This document shows, piece by piece, positions 1 to 10,036 of a stretch of 64,000 nucleotides of DNA. Position 1 is the stretch's first letter. Every line of letters begins with the position of its first letter. Below the pieces are notes generated by a model, which made no database searches, had not been told where the DNA came from, and saw only the letters and a program-made list of their open reading frames with translations. The translations under genes and the position numbers were made by a program. Source of the stretch: a virus; the IMG/VR virus record IMGVR_UViG_3300032265_003779, positions 1-64,000 of that record. One strand, written 5' to 3'.

Positions 1-665
1 CACAAGGTGCTCAGGGTACTCAGGGAATTCAGGGTGTCCAAGGAACACAAGGAACACAAGGAACCCAAGGAACACAAGGAACACAAGGAACTCAAGGAAC
101 ACAAGGAACACAAGGAACACAAGGAACACAAGGAACACAAGGTGCTCAGGGAATTCAGGGTGTTGCAGGACCATCTACGACTATAAATGCAACAGATACA
201 ACTAATAACGCAACATATTATCCTGTTTTTATTGCAGATGCTGGGTCTAATCAAACTGCCAGCATAAGAAAAACTAGTAAAGCGTTTACATTTAATCCAT
301 CCACAAATACTTTGGGTGGAATAAGATTGTCTAATTATACAGAGGTAACAAATACTGTATCTATTTCAGCGAATATATTGACTCTAGATCTTAGCACTTC
401 GAATATTTTCTTAGTAGCATTAAATGCAAATATTACAACATTAACAATTAACAATCCTGCTGCGTCTGGGACTGCTCACGGATTTAGCATAATATTTACA
501 GCAGATGGAACACAAAGAAGTGTGACATGGGGGGCAAATATAAAATGGGCGAATGGATCACCGCCCACAACCACAAGCACCAATGGAAAAATTGATGTGT
601 TTAATTTTATTACAACTGACGGTGGTACTTCATACTTAGGATTTATTGCAGGACAAAATTTCTAA
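1..665 (+). CDS. Collagen-like (Gly-X-Gln) tail fibre protein, 5'-truncated
   Basis: Frame open from nt 3, the same frame as ORF 312..665. Reads QGA QGT QGI QGV (QGT)n, then GPSTTINATDTTNNATYYPVF and a beta-rich C-terminal domain. Confidence 0.8.
   Translation, partial: QGAQGTQGIQGVQGTQGTQGTQGTQGTQGTQGTQGTQGTQGTQGTQGAQGIQGVAGPSTTINATDTTNNATYYPVFIADAGSNQTASIRKTSKAFTFNPSTNTLGGIRLSNYTEVTNTVSISANILTLDLSTSNIFLVALNANITTLTINNPAASGTAHGFSIIFTADGTQRSVTWGANIKWANGSPPTTTSTNGKIDVFNFITTDGGTSYLGFIAGQNF
3..170 (+). repeat. 9-nt CAAGGAACA tandem repeat (GTQ collagen triplets)
   Basis: Directly visible in the sequence. Confidence 0.95.
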
Positions 666-937
666 TTTGAACCGAACATTGGTTCTCCATTTTCATCAAT
701 TTTAAACACTTTAATTTTTCCTTCCATGAAATTTTTCAAAAGTAATTCGCCAATTCTTGCATTGGTTGCCCATTTTACGATTTGATAAAGATCGTTTTCA
801 TCAGTTATACCACTTTCAACACCATTTGTTAGTATGGTATTAAGCTCTTCAACAGATATCGCTACATACCTGTTATCCTCAGAACACCAATGTAAATCAT
901 CTGCAGCTATTATTTTGTTTAAAATTTTGTCTTGCAT
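662..937 (-). CDS. Hypothetical protein (start corrected to MQDKIL)
   Basis: AAGGAG SD precedes ATG at 937; sigma70-like promoter upstream. Confidence 0.7.
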   Translation of the reverse strand: MQDKILNKIIAADDLHWCSEDNRYVAISVEELNTILTNGVESGITDENDLYQIVKWATNARIGELLLKNFMEGKIKVFKIDENGEPMFGSN

Positions 938-956
938 TATTATCTCCTTGCGAAGT

Positions 957-984
957 ATTATACTCAAAAAAACAACAGCATCAA
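957..984 (-). promoter_or_regulatory. Sigma70-like promoter TTGATG-16-TATAAT
   Basis: Consensus match upstream of the 937 start. Confidence 0.55.
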
Positions 985-1026
985 ACCTTTTTCGTGAAAA
1001 TATACTAAATTAGTTTAGGAGAAAAT

Positions 1027-1698
1027 ATGAATAATTTAATAGAAAAAATTGAAAACTTAACATCACACAACATCATCTCTAGGCATAGTTACTTCCAATT
1101 AAAATATTTTTTAATTGGGAAAGAACCAACAAATCAAGCGAAAATGTGGCAATGCCTTAAAGAGCTTCAAGCAAGAAAAGACAACCTTGAAGGCTTGTCA
1201 CTTCAAATAGAAGAAGAAAAAGATAAAATTGAACTTCAAGAAATTAATTTATTAAAATTAAATAAAACAAAAAACAAAGAAGATATTGATGATCTCTTAA
1301 AAAGAGAACTAGAAATAAAAGAAAGAAAAATAAATAGATTAACACTAAGTATTAAAAATACTATAAAAACACTAGAGGAGAAAAAGAAGTTTATAGAAGA
1401 AGAGTGTGAGTTTTTTATACAGACATTTAAAAACATAGAAAAAATAGAGCCATTAAAGCATTTTGATGACCTTGATTCTCAAAAAGATTATTGGGGAACC
1501 AAGCTTTTAGAAAAGATAAATCTTAAAATTTTACTAGAGAATCATATAGATACAGAGTTAGTGGAGACGGTGTTATCGTTGCCAGATGACATACCGATAA
1601 AACAGCAAGTTTTGAACAAGTTGAACAATTTACAGTCAAATATATTAAATTTACAAAATAATTTTAAAAAAATAGAGGAAAATAATGGCAAGAATTGA
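1027..1698 (+). CDS. Coiled-coil hypothetical protein
   Basis: 223 aa, E/K/L-rich heptads, AGGAG SD. Confidence 0.75.
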   Translation: MNNLIEKIENLTSHNIISRHSYFQLKYFLIGKEPTNQAKMWQCLKELQARKDNLEGLSLQIEEEKDKIELQEINLLKLNKTKNKEDIDDLLKRELEIKERKINRLTLSIKNTIKTLEEKKKFIEEECEFFIQTFKNIEKIEPLKHFDDLDSQKDYWGTKLLEKINLKILLENHIDTELVETVLSLPDDIPIKQQVLNKLNNLQSNILNLQNNFKKIEENNGKN

Positions 1699-3031
1699 TA
1701 GTTTGCAAACAGGCTACACTACAGGCGACTTATCCCTATATCCAGAAGCTTTAGACTCAAAAGAAAGTTTATATGAAGTTGCAAATAATGCGGAAACAAT
1801 TCTTAGACAAAGCTTGACATATTCTGCAAAAAAAATAATTGTAGAAACAACTGAAAAGTTTCCTTCTAAAGGAATATTAAGAATAACTGATGACCGAAGT
1901 TCTGGGGAACTTATTTATTATGGATCTAAAAACAGCAACACATTCAAAGATTTAGTAAGAGCTTTTGCAGGATCCAGGCAGAATCAATGGATGATTGGAG
2001 CATCTGTTTCTAATGTTGTTAGTGCAGAGCATCATAATGCTGTAAAAGATTCCATAATTAAAATGGAAGTAAATTTAGGACTAAAAAACAATCCAAATGA
2101 TGCATCTTTAAATGGAATATTAAAAAAACAAGAAACTAAATTTTTAACACCTAAACCACTATTTAGAGCTTATCCAACATCTGGTGCCGCTCCTCTTACT
2201 GTAAGTTTTCAAAACTTTAGCATGGGCATGGCTCCTAACGCTTTAAATGGTCCTTTGATTAGATGTTTTTGGGATTTTGGTGATGGAAATACTTCAACAG
2301 AAAAAAATCCAGTTCATACATACGCACAAGAAGGATCATATAGTGTTGAGTTGGTGGTAGCTAGTATTTTGGGCGGACAAGGATTGGTAACAAAAAATAA
2401 TTACATTAAAGTTGATAATACTTTAAAAGAAAATTTTTTTTATGTAAAAAATAGTCCTCAAAGATTTCCTATATTAAACGATGTATCTAATATTACAGCT
2501 GGACGTAGTTACTCTGTTAGCGGGGATAATCTTTTGGATAATAATAATCCAACAATTTTTGAACTTGTTGATCAAACAGATGGCAACATACAAGAAAGAT
2601 ATTGGAACTTTAACGGTAATGGAAAAGTAATTAAAAATTTTTACAAAATTATTAGCGTATCAGATCCGGATATTTTTATAGAACCAAGATTTATAAAAGA
2701 AATAAATGAAAACTATAAAGTTGTTTTTGTTTATATCAAAGATGGAAATGTAATAACAAAAATTAAAAATATTTTATCAGTATCAGCCGGCGGTGATGGC
2801 AAAATAACACTTGATGGTTCTATCGAAGATACGGGAAGCATTAAATATTTGGGCATAATGCTTCCTGAAACTATATCTACTTATACTGAAAAAGATCCAA
2901 ACATACATTCAATACATTTCATGTATGAATCAGCATCAGCAAATTCAAAATACAATCCATCTGTATTCATTTTATTTAAAAACCAATATATAAAAAAGAC
3001 ATTTTTAAAAGAACAAATAGTAATAGATTAG
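1685..3031 (+). CDS. PKD-domain virion structural protein (AEHHN family paralog 1)
   Basis: PKD signature G-x-APLTVSF...WDFGDG...NPVHTY...G-x-YSV-x-L; shared AEHHN block. Confidence 0.8.
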   Translation: MARIDSLQTGYTTGDLSLYPEALDSKESLYEVANNAETILRQSLTYSAKKIIVETTEKFPSKGILRITDDRSSGELIYYGSKNSNTFKDLVRAFAGSRQNQWMIGASVSNVVSAEHHNAVKDSIIKMEVNLGLKNNPNDASLNGILKKQETKFLTPKPLFRAYPTSGAAPLTVSFQNFSMGMAPNALNGPLIRCFWDFGDGNTSTEKNPVHTYAQEGSYSVELVVASILGGQGLVTKNNYIKVDNTLKENFFYVKNSPQRFPILNDVSNITAGRSYSVSGDNLLDNNNPTIFELVDQTDGNIQERYWNFNGNGKVIKNFYKIISVSDPDIFIEPRFIKEINENYKVVFVYIKDGNVITKIKNILSVSAGGDGKITLDGSIEDTGSIKYLGIMLPETISTYTEKDPNIHSIHFMYESASANSKYNPSVFILFKNQYIKKTFLKEQIVID

Positions 3032-3037
3032 GAAAAA

Positions 3038-5620
3038 ATGACATTAAGCAATTATCCAAAAAACTTTGATAATAATTCAAATTTATATGAAGTTCATGAT
3101 TATCTCAGAGTCTATCTTGCAGAAGATTATACACCCGGAGACAGTGTTATCTATGTTTATGGAGATGGCGAAATATTAAATAGATTTCCAGATTCTGGCA
3201 ATGGTGGCGGGATAATTACTCTCACAGACCAGTGTGAAGAAATAGAAAAAAGGGCAATTAGTTTTTATTATACAACAAAAACTATAATCTCTGCTAACTC
3301 TGCATATTTTTCTGGAATTGAACTATTGCCAGGCTTTATAGATGTTGTTAAATATAAAGAAATAACTAACATTACACAAAATGTAATGGCAGAACATCAC
3401 AATTGCTTGAAAGATGCAATTATAAATATAGAAAAATTCATAGGACTAAAAGGAGAGGTTTCAAGGTTGCCCCTTGAAGGAACAATAGAGCAAAGAACAA
3501 ACTATTTGAGATATCTTGTTCTGGCACCAAAAGCTTGGTTTTCTGTAAATAAAAAAATAGGATTAAATCCAAGCAATGTTACATTTAATGATTTAAGCTT
3601 TAGACTTGGAACAGACGGAACAAGTCAATCAATTCATCATACTTGGAATTTTAATACAAGTTCAGAAACGCTTTTTTCTTATTATAAATCTTATTCTTTT
3701 GAAAAACTTTCCTCTGGGGAGGTTAAAACAAAAATTAAATTCTCATTAGACGAAACAACAACAAGTAATAATTTTTTATCTCCTGTTGAGAGTTACGTTT
3801 TACAAAAATCAACAGACAGTTGGGAGACTTATACTACAATTGGAAATTCAAATGAATTTACATTAACTTTTTCTTCAGTTAAACAAAATCCAGAATATAG
3901 ATTTTTATTAAACTCAGGAAGCGATAATCAAGATGGTTTAACAATTTATATTAATCTTGGAAACGATGTTGTAAACTATACTTATTTTGAATCTGGTTTC
4001 TATGATGTTTCATTAAAAGTAGAAAATGACTTTGGAGAAGATACCGTCATCTTAAGAAACGTGGTGAATGTCAGAGAGTTTTGTCCATCAGAAGCAGAAG
4101 TTAGTTATATAAAAACAGAATCTCAATTATTGTTTGGAGATACAAAGAACAAAAGAGACAGCCTTATTGTATCTCCAACTAATATAGCGATATCAATATT
4201 TGTTAAAAAAGATGAAAGTGGGAATTTAATTAATGGAGAAAACACACTAGATCCCGTTAACTTCTATACATGGGGGATACAAGATGATTTAGTTCATTTA
4301 AATCAAGAGTATACAAAAGCTTTATTTAGTGTTGGCGGAATATATGATGTTGTATTAAGAACAGATACGGAAAGTGGTAACTATAGAATATCAAAATTTA
4401 AATCCAATATAGATGTTATAGAAAAATCTAATCTTTGGTTATGGACATCTACAAAAGTAGGATCTGCCCTCACTTTAAATGGAAATGAATTTGGTTTAAT
4501 AAGCGAAACATTTAAAACTTTAGGCTCTCAAGCAATAAGCGACAAAAATAATAACTTTTTAAAAGCTATACCTCCTTGTGAGGCTTGCGAAGAAGAATAC
4601 TACACATACAGCGAGCAGTGTAGAAAAATTAGAGAGTTCGATAGAAATAATGGATTTGCAAAAATTGGAAATTTAGGATCCGGGGACAAAACTACGAACG
4701 GATTAATTTTTTGGGCTACAGGAAGAGAAGCAGAAGACAACCCTTTAAATGAAAAAATTTCATTTAAAGAATATAATGCATTTGGAGACTATTATTCAGA
4801 ATACGGTGCAGCACTTGAAGGCAATGCTGCCCTTAGTCGCCAGTGGGGATGGATTTATTTTATAACAGATGTAGATATTTACTTTTTACTAGGAAGCAAA
4901 GGATTGGGTGTTGACACTTCTTCTTCGCTCAATAACTGCAAAGACAACCAATCGGCTAGTTCTAATAGCACTTATGAAGTTGAAAGCGTTTTGCACACTT
5001 TAGATATTAATAATCAATCCTTTACTGTTTGTAACAGTAGTTCTTTTAAAAATGGAGCAGAAGAAATTCTAAATTATTCTATACTTGGCACAGAAGAACC
5101 TTGTCCGACAGAAGGATACAGCTTCTATAGATCTGCGTGGAAGGATGGGTCTGGTTATATTCTATCTAGCGTAGCGGGCAGTGAGTATTTTAGAATAAGA
5201 AACTTCTATAAAACATCTGGAACTATTTCTAATTATATAAGCGATATAACTAAGGTAAACGATATGAGTGGTCCAGCTAAATCAGAAGGAGAGCTTGTAT
5301 CACTGTCGAGTGCTCTATACTTTTTCAACAACTCTGGATCTATATCTGTTTTCAATACAACTACAGGAGTTTGGACAACAGGTGGTCCAGGAGTAGGATC
5401 CACAGCATTTAAATCTCTTCAAGACACAAATGTAGATAAATTTGATGATATAAATCAAACATTATTTGCAAGCTCAGATGAAGATCATAACGTCTATATA
5501 AGTTATGACTACAGCCCTAAATCTTTTATTAAATTTAATGATATAGATTTAACTTTTAGATATTTAGGAAAAAGACCCGGTAGCAATGCAGAAAAACAAT
5601 GGTTATCAACTATTTATTGA
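3038..5620 (+). CDS. PKD-domain virion structural protein (AEHHN family paralog 2)
   Basis: AEHHN block; split PKD (VTFNDLS...WNF...YTY...GFYDVSLKVENDFGED). Confidence 0.75.
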   Translation: MTLSNYPKNFDNNSNLYEVHDYLRVYLAEDYTPGDSVIYVYGDGEILNRFPDSGNGGGIITLTDQCEEIEKRAISFYYTTKTIISANSAYFSGIELLPGFIDVVKYKEITNITQNVMAEHHNCLKDAIINIEKFIGLKGEVSRLPLEGTIEQRTNYLRYLVLAPKAWFSVNKKIGLNPSNVTFNDLSFRLGTDGTSQSIHHTWNFNTSSETLFSYYKSYSFEKLSSGEVKTKIKFSLDETTTSNNFLSPVESYVLQKSTDSWETYTTIGNSNEFTLTFSSVKQNPEYRFLLNSGSDNQDGLTIYINLGNDVVNYTYFESGFYDVSLKVENDFGEDTVILRNVVNVREFCPSEAEVSYIKTESQLLFGDTKNKRDSLIVSPTNIAISIFVKKDESGNLINGENTLDPVNFYTWGIQDDLVHLNQEYTKALFSVGGIYDVVLRTDTESGNYRISKFKSNIDVIEKSNLWLWTSTKVGSALTLNGNEFGLISETFKTLGSQAISDKNNNFLKAIPPCEACEEEYYTYSEQCRKIREFDRNNGFAKIGNLGSGDKTTNGLIFWATGREAEDNPLNEKISFKEYNAFGDYYSEYGAALEGNAALSRQWGWIYFITDVDIYFLLGSKGLGVDTSSSLNNCKDNQSASSNSTYEVESVLHTLDINNQSFTVCNSSSFKNGAEEILNYSILGTEEPCPTEGYSFYRSAWKDGSGYILSSVAGSEYFRIRNFYKTSGTISNYISDITKVNDMSGPAKSEGELVSLSSALYFFNNSGSISVFNTTTGVWTTGGPGVGSTAFKSLQDTNVDKFDDINQTLFASSDEDHNVYISYDYSPKSFIKFNDIDLTFRYLGKRPGSNAEKQWLSTIY

Positions 5621-5629
5621 GGAAAAAAA

Positions 5630-7555
5630 TTGACTAAGCCACCACCACTCCCATTATATCCAGCAAAATACGATTCAGATGAAACGTTGTTTCTGGTTTA
5701 CAATACATCAGAAGCTGTTTTAGCAAAAGATAATGTTGCGTGGGCAGACGAAATTGAAATTATACCCAGCGGGAATAATGAAGTTTGGGCAGATAATGGT
5801 TTTGCTAACATAGGCGGAGAATTATTTTATTATAATAATGTAGATAAAAAAGAGGTTAATGGACAATCAAGAATTTTCAAATTTAAAGAATGTGTTAGAA
5901 ATATTGGAGGAGAAACATCAAAATATAATTTTGCAGGAGAAATGGTTAGAGGGTTTGTTATAGCCGAACATCACAACCAGACAGTAGATGCTGTAATCAG
6001 CATACAAGATTTTATTGGAATAAACTTTTCGCAAGATAAAACAAGTTTAGACTATAGAATTAGAAATCTTGAAGAAACTCCTGTAATATTTGATGATTTT
6101 AATTGTCCTGATATTAATTTTACATTTACTATTGTTGAAAATAACACCACAACAGGTCTTTTAACAGCTTATTCTGTGGATATTAATGGCACTTTTACAA
6201 ATTTTAAACTTGATTTTGGAGATGGAAATTATACATCTAGTGTCCTGCAAGGGACTCACATATATGCCCCAAACTCCATTCCTGACCCGGTATTAACTAT
6301 TTATAATGATAATTGCTCTACAACAATCACGCCAACAAACAGAACATCAAGCATAGAACCTGTTGTTGCTGAGTTTAATCCTCCTTTAGAGATACCGATA
6401 CCTCCACCCCCAGAAATACCTCCAATATTAATAACTCCTTTTATTGAACTTGAAAATAAATACAATATACCTCCTATTGTGTTTCCTTGTTTAGATGCTA
6501 CTAATATAAATATTCCTTCTGGGATATATGTTAATATACCTAGTAATATCAATATAAGCCCAATTAATATACCTAGTAAAATAGATATAAGTCCAATCAA
6601 TATACCTAGCACTATAACAATAAATCCTTCACAAATAAACATTAGTCCAATAGAAATAGATCTTAAAGGAGCTATAAACTCTTATATATCATTGGGTCCA
6701 TTATATATTGATACTGGGGGTATGCCTATTAATATACCTTCTATGATAAGTTTTGGTCCTGCTCCTACAATTAAGTTTGATATAGATCAACTAAACAATG
6801 GTATGCCAGAAATTCAATTTGCACCACCTCCGATAGTTGATGTGAACTGGTATACTGTAAAGGATACACCTAATGGATTGCCTAACTTGGTCTGTACAGT
6901 TGTTGTTCAGTGTCCTGGAAGTAGTGGTGGTGGTTCACCATTTAGATCACCAAGTGCTTTAGGATTTAATGAAGACCCATCTATCGGAGCTTCTATAGAA
7001 GTTGAGGGTCTTGGAATACCATCTGTTATTAATATAGTGTCTCCTAATATACCGCCTATAAGGGTTGACTCTTCAGATATTCCATCTTCAATAAAGATAG
7101 AAATTCCAGAAGAAATAAAAATATCTGGCTCTGGGTTGTCTATACCTTCAGAAATTAAAATAATCTCTGAAGCACTAATACCAAGCTCCATCTCATTAGA
7201 TGCATCTGGATTGCCTAGTAGTATATTTTTAGATTCCTCTGGTGTTCCTAGTGTGATAAAACTTGAAAGTAATATACCTCAATTTATTGGTTTAAAAATT
7301 CCAGACAACTTCCCAACAGAAATTAAACTAAATGCATCAGAAATACCAGATCAAATTCAAGTTGTGGGAATTCCTCCGGTAATAGAACTGAAGGGCAATA
7401 TACCATCTACAATACAGTTGGTAATGCCTGAAAAGCCAGAAATTGAGATGGTTTATAAAGGTGCCCCAATAGATGTTAAAATTCAATTAGATATAAGTAA
7501 AGTTACTGGTGATGGGCAAAACTTAAACTGTGTTGCGATAGTTCCCTGTAAATAG
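5630..7555 (+). CDS. Structural protein with AEHHN block, PKD-like domain and Ile-Pro-Ser repeats (paralog 3)
   Basis: AEHHN, DFGDG, many IPSxI repeats; TTG start with GAGG SD. Confidence 0.75.
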   Translation: MTKPPPLPLYPAKYDSDETLFLVYNTSEAVLAKDNVAWADEIEIIPSGNNEVWADNGFANIGGELFYYNNVDKKEVNGQSRIFKFKECVRNIGGETSKYNFAGEMVRGFVIAEHHNQTVDAVISIQDFIGINFSQDKTSLDYRIRNLEETPVIFDDFNCPDINFTFTIVENNTTTGLLTAYSVDINGTFTNFKLDFGDGNYTSSVLQGTHIYAPNSIPDPVLTIYNDNCSTTITPTNRTSSIEPVVAEFNPPLEIPIPPPPEIPPILITPFIELENKYNIPPIVFPCLDATNINIPSGIYVNIPSNINISPINIPSKIDISPINIPSTITINPSQINISPIEIDLKGAINSYISLGPLYIDTGGMPINIPSMISFGPAPTIKFDIDQLNNGMPEIQFAPPPIVDVNWYTVKDTPNGLPNLVCTVVVQCPGSSGGGSPFRSPSALGFNEDPSIGASIEVEGLGIPSVINIVSPNIPPIRVDSSDIPSSIKIEIPEEIKISGSGLSIPSEIKIISEALIPSSISLDASGLPSSIFLDSSGVPSVIKLESNIPQFIGLKIPDNFPTEIKLNASEIPDQIQVVGIPPVIELKGNIPSTIQLVMPEKPEIEMVYKGAPIDVKIQLDISKVTGDGQNLNCVAIVPCK

Positions 7556-7574
7556 TTTTTACTATTTTAATATT

Positions 7575-8417
7575 ATGATAACTAGAAACAAAAAGATTAG
7601 AAATAATGAGTATATTAAAACACCAAATTACAATATTTGGATTAGAAACTTTTGCAACACTACTTCATCGAGTATTGATATAAATTCAACTATAAAAGAA
7701 ACTGAATATTTTTTATTTTTAAAAAATGAATTTCAAAATAATATTAGAAAATATCAATGGGCAGATCCAGAAAATCATAATTATACAACAGCAGTAATAA
7801 TTTCAGATGGGTACGATTTTAATAAACTACATAATTTATTAGAAAAAAATAAGAATATTTGCTTTTTTGGAGTCAATAATAGCTTGAAAAAATGGAATAA
7901 TGAAAAAAATTCTTTAAACTTTTACGTTGTTAACAACCCTTATGAAGAATGCTTAAGATTTTTACCACCTAAAAATAAAAAGAGTCTTCCTCGTTGTATA
8001 GCTTCTAATAGAACTTATCCAGAATTTCTTGATCAATATAATGGTTTAAAAGAAAGATATAGTCCTGTAAACGAAGAAAGTGTTCGTTTCAATAAACCTT
8101 CTGATGTTTATTTTCAAATAGATGACTATAGAAATCCAGTGTGTGCCAGTATAAATTTAGCATATAGATTTGGTTGCCAAAAAATACTTCTTTTATGTTG
8201 TGATGATTCTTTTGTAGAAAATAAGCCAGGTAGTATTCTGCTTGAGAATAATCTTTACACGTATCCTCAGCAAAATATTGCAAGCGAAGTTATAGATTGC
8301 TGTTTACATTGGTTTAAAAAATCAGGTGGCATTACTGGTTATCATTCTATGAGTAAAAAATTAGACAATGCTGAATATATAAAACAAGAAGATATTAACA
8401 ATTATATTAAAACATGA
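7575..8417 (+). CDS. DUF115/Maf-like putative glycosyltransferase or diphosphokinase-fold protein
   Basis: AVIIS-x-G, IFGVN-type, and A-x-NLAY-x-FG-x-x-KILLL-x-x-D patterns. Confidence 0.5.
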   Translation: MITRNKKIRNNEYIKTPNYNIWIRNFCNTTSSSIDINSTIKETEYFLFLKNEFQNNIRKYQWADPENHNYTTAVIISDGYDFNKLHNLLEKNKNICFFGVNNSLKKWNNEKNSLNFYVVNNPYEECLRFLPPKNKKSLPRCIASNRTYPEFLDQYNGLKERYSPVNEESVRFNKPSDVYFQIDDYRNPVCASINLAYRFGCQKILLLCCDDSFVENKPGSILLENNLYTYPQQNIASEVIDCCLHWFKKSGGITGYHSMSKKLDNAEYIKQEDINNYIKT

Positions 8418-8698
8418 ACGACAACATTGACAACTTTTCTTTTATAACAAACTTTAGCAAATGGATAAAAGAAGAAAAAATAAACAAAGATTTTAATTTA
8501 AAGAAAAACCAAAAGGTTTATCCAAGAAGTTATAAAAAACTATCTTCTAAGATGGTTGTAGAGGATGGATGCTATAAAGAATTAGCAAAAGATTTTGCTA
8601 AAAAAGGTGGAACAATAATTAAATCAGAAGGAAATATGCTTTTGATTGAAGTTCATTCTGGCACATTTCTTATAAACGAAAAAGAAGTTTATTATTAA
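8414..8698 (+). CDS. Hypothetical protein with near-N-terminal FSKWIKEE motif
   Basis: ATGA-coupled ORF. Confidence 0.7.
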   Translation: MNDNIDNFSFITNFSKWIKEEKINKDFNLKKNQKVYPRSYKKLSSKMVVEDGCYKELAKDFAKKGGTIIKSEGNMLLIEVHSGTFLINEKEVYY

Positions 8699-9081
8699 TT
8701 TTTACCTTTTTGTATCATAGAAGGATTTTTAGTAAAAGAATTGCTATTTACAAATAGAGTTGGAGTAACTAAAATCATAGGCTTTCCATTTGCTGGCAGT
8801 TCTGAATATCCTTGCTTTTTTAAACTAGATTTAAGTTCATCATAATTAAAACCTGTTTGTATCCATGGCTCCCAAGATAAAACATTATCATCTATATATG
8901 TTTTTATCCGAGCATACCAACTTGAAGGAAGATTAAAAACTTTTAAATCATCCACAGGAGTTGGATCTATGTCCCTGGAATAAAACTTTGATAAAATTTT
9001 AATGCCTTTTTTATCTCTTCTAGCTAAGTATAGCCACAATGTTTTTAAATCACTTTTTTTCATTTTTTTTAAGCTCCTCAA
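8695..9081 (-). CDS. Hypothetical protein
   Basis: 128-aa ORF; start uncertain. Confidence 0.65.
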   Translation of the reverse strand: MRSLKKMKKSDLKTLWLYLARRDKKGIKILSKFYSRDIDPTPVDDLKVFNLPSSWYARIKTYIDDNVLSWEPWIQTGFNYDELKSSLKKQGYSELPANGKPMILVTPTLFVNSNSFTKNPSMIQKGKN

Positions 9082-9187
9082 ATATCATCTCTAATAAAAC
9101 TTGAGTATATAAATCTTTTTTATCAAATTGACTTAAAAACAAATCAAAAGACTCTTTTAGTTCTTTTTCTTTTTCTTCCATTACAAC

Positions 9188-9195
9188 TATATATA
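9188..9195 (+). promoter_or_regulatory. Late-promoter-like box TATATATA, 5 nt before ATG
   Basis: The identical ATATATAATATTATG also precedes the 54260 start. Confidence 0.55.
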
Positions 9196-9200
9196 ATATT

Positions 9201-9770
9201 ATGAGTGTATTTCAAGTTAAATTAAATAATGGAACCCAAGGACTTTTAGACAATGATCCTAATGGAACCAGCATTCAAAGAAGCATTTATGTTCCTGGTC
9301 CCAACCGATCTAGTCATGAGCTAAAAGACGGGGAAGTATTCTCGGGGTCTAACTATTGGAAACGATTTGTTTATCCAAATACTTCAGCAGAACTATCATT
9401 TTTAATATTGTTGGAGGATGATGGGTCTACTTGGTATGATAAAGCAGATTTTAATAATATCCCAAAAGTTTATAAACTAACAATTGAAGAAGGAACCTCT
9501 TTTGCAGACAATGTGATGGATATACAAAAAGACACAGAAAGCTTTGCAGATTTTGTTCAAATCTCCAACCAATCAGATGATCCTTTAAAAATAAGATTAA
9601 ATGGATTGGATTCAGCAATATTTGATTTAGGAGGAAAAGAAGTTCAGAGTTTTGATTCAGGAGAATTAAATATTCAAAAAATAGAAGCCCTTATACCAGA
9701 AGGATACTCCGGTCCTGTTGCTCTACAAGTAATATTAGCCGTAGTAGTTATAGAATCTACTAAAAAGTAG
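9201..9770 (+). CDS. Probable virion protein with SIQR...DGE-x-F domain
   Basis: Domain shared with ORF 42286 and the C-terminus of ORF 27664. Confidence 0.7.
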   Translation: MSVFQVKLNNGTQGLLDNDPNGTSIQRSIYVPGPNRSSHELKDGEVFSGSNYWKRFVYPNTSAELSFLILLEDDGSTWYDKADFNNIPKVYKLTIEEGTSFADNVMDIQKDTESFADFVQISNQSDDPLKIRLNGLDSAIFDLGGKEVQSFDSGELNIQKIEALIPEGYSGPVALQVILAVVVIESTKK

Positions 9771-9778
9771 GTAAAATT

Positions 9779-10021
9779 ATGCCACAATTAATAAAACCTG
9801 GAAGTGTTAGATTAGTATCAAAAGATGGAGAGGTAAGTGTGGCAATAACTATTGATTTAAATATAAATTTAACTAATTTATTAGAAGGAGTTTCTTTACC
9901 CTCTTCGTCAATACCTGACAAAACAAATAAAAAAGAAAATTCAATAACAGAAGTTACAAGCGATAAAGTTGAATGGGCTATACCTGATTTTGGATCAGAA
10001 AAAATAAATTTTGGAAAATAA
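9779..10021 (+). CDS. Small hypothetical protein upstream of actin homolog
   Basis: 80 aa, operonic spacing. Confidence 0.7.
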   Translation: MPQLIKPGSVRLVSKDGEVSVAITIDLNINLTNLLEGVSLPSSSIPDKTNKKENSITEVTSDKVEWAIPDFGSEKINFGK

Positions 10022-10036
10022 AAGGAGAAATAAAAA

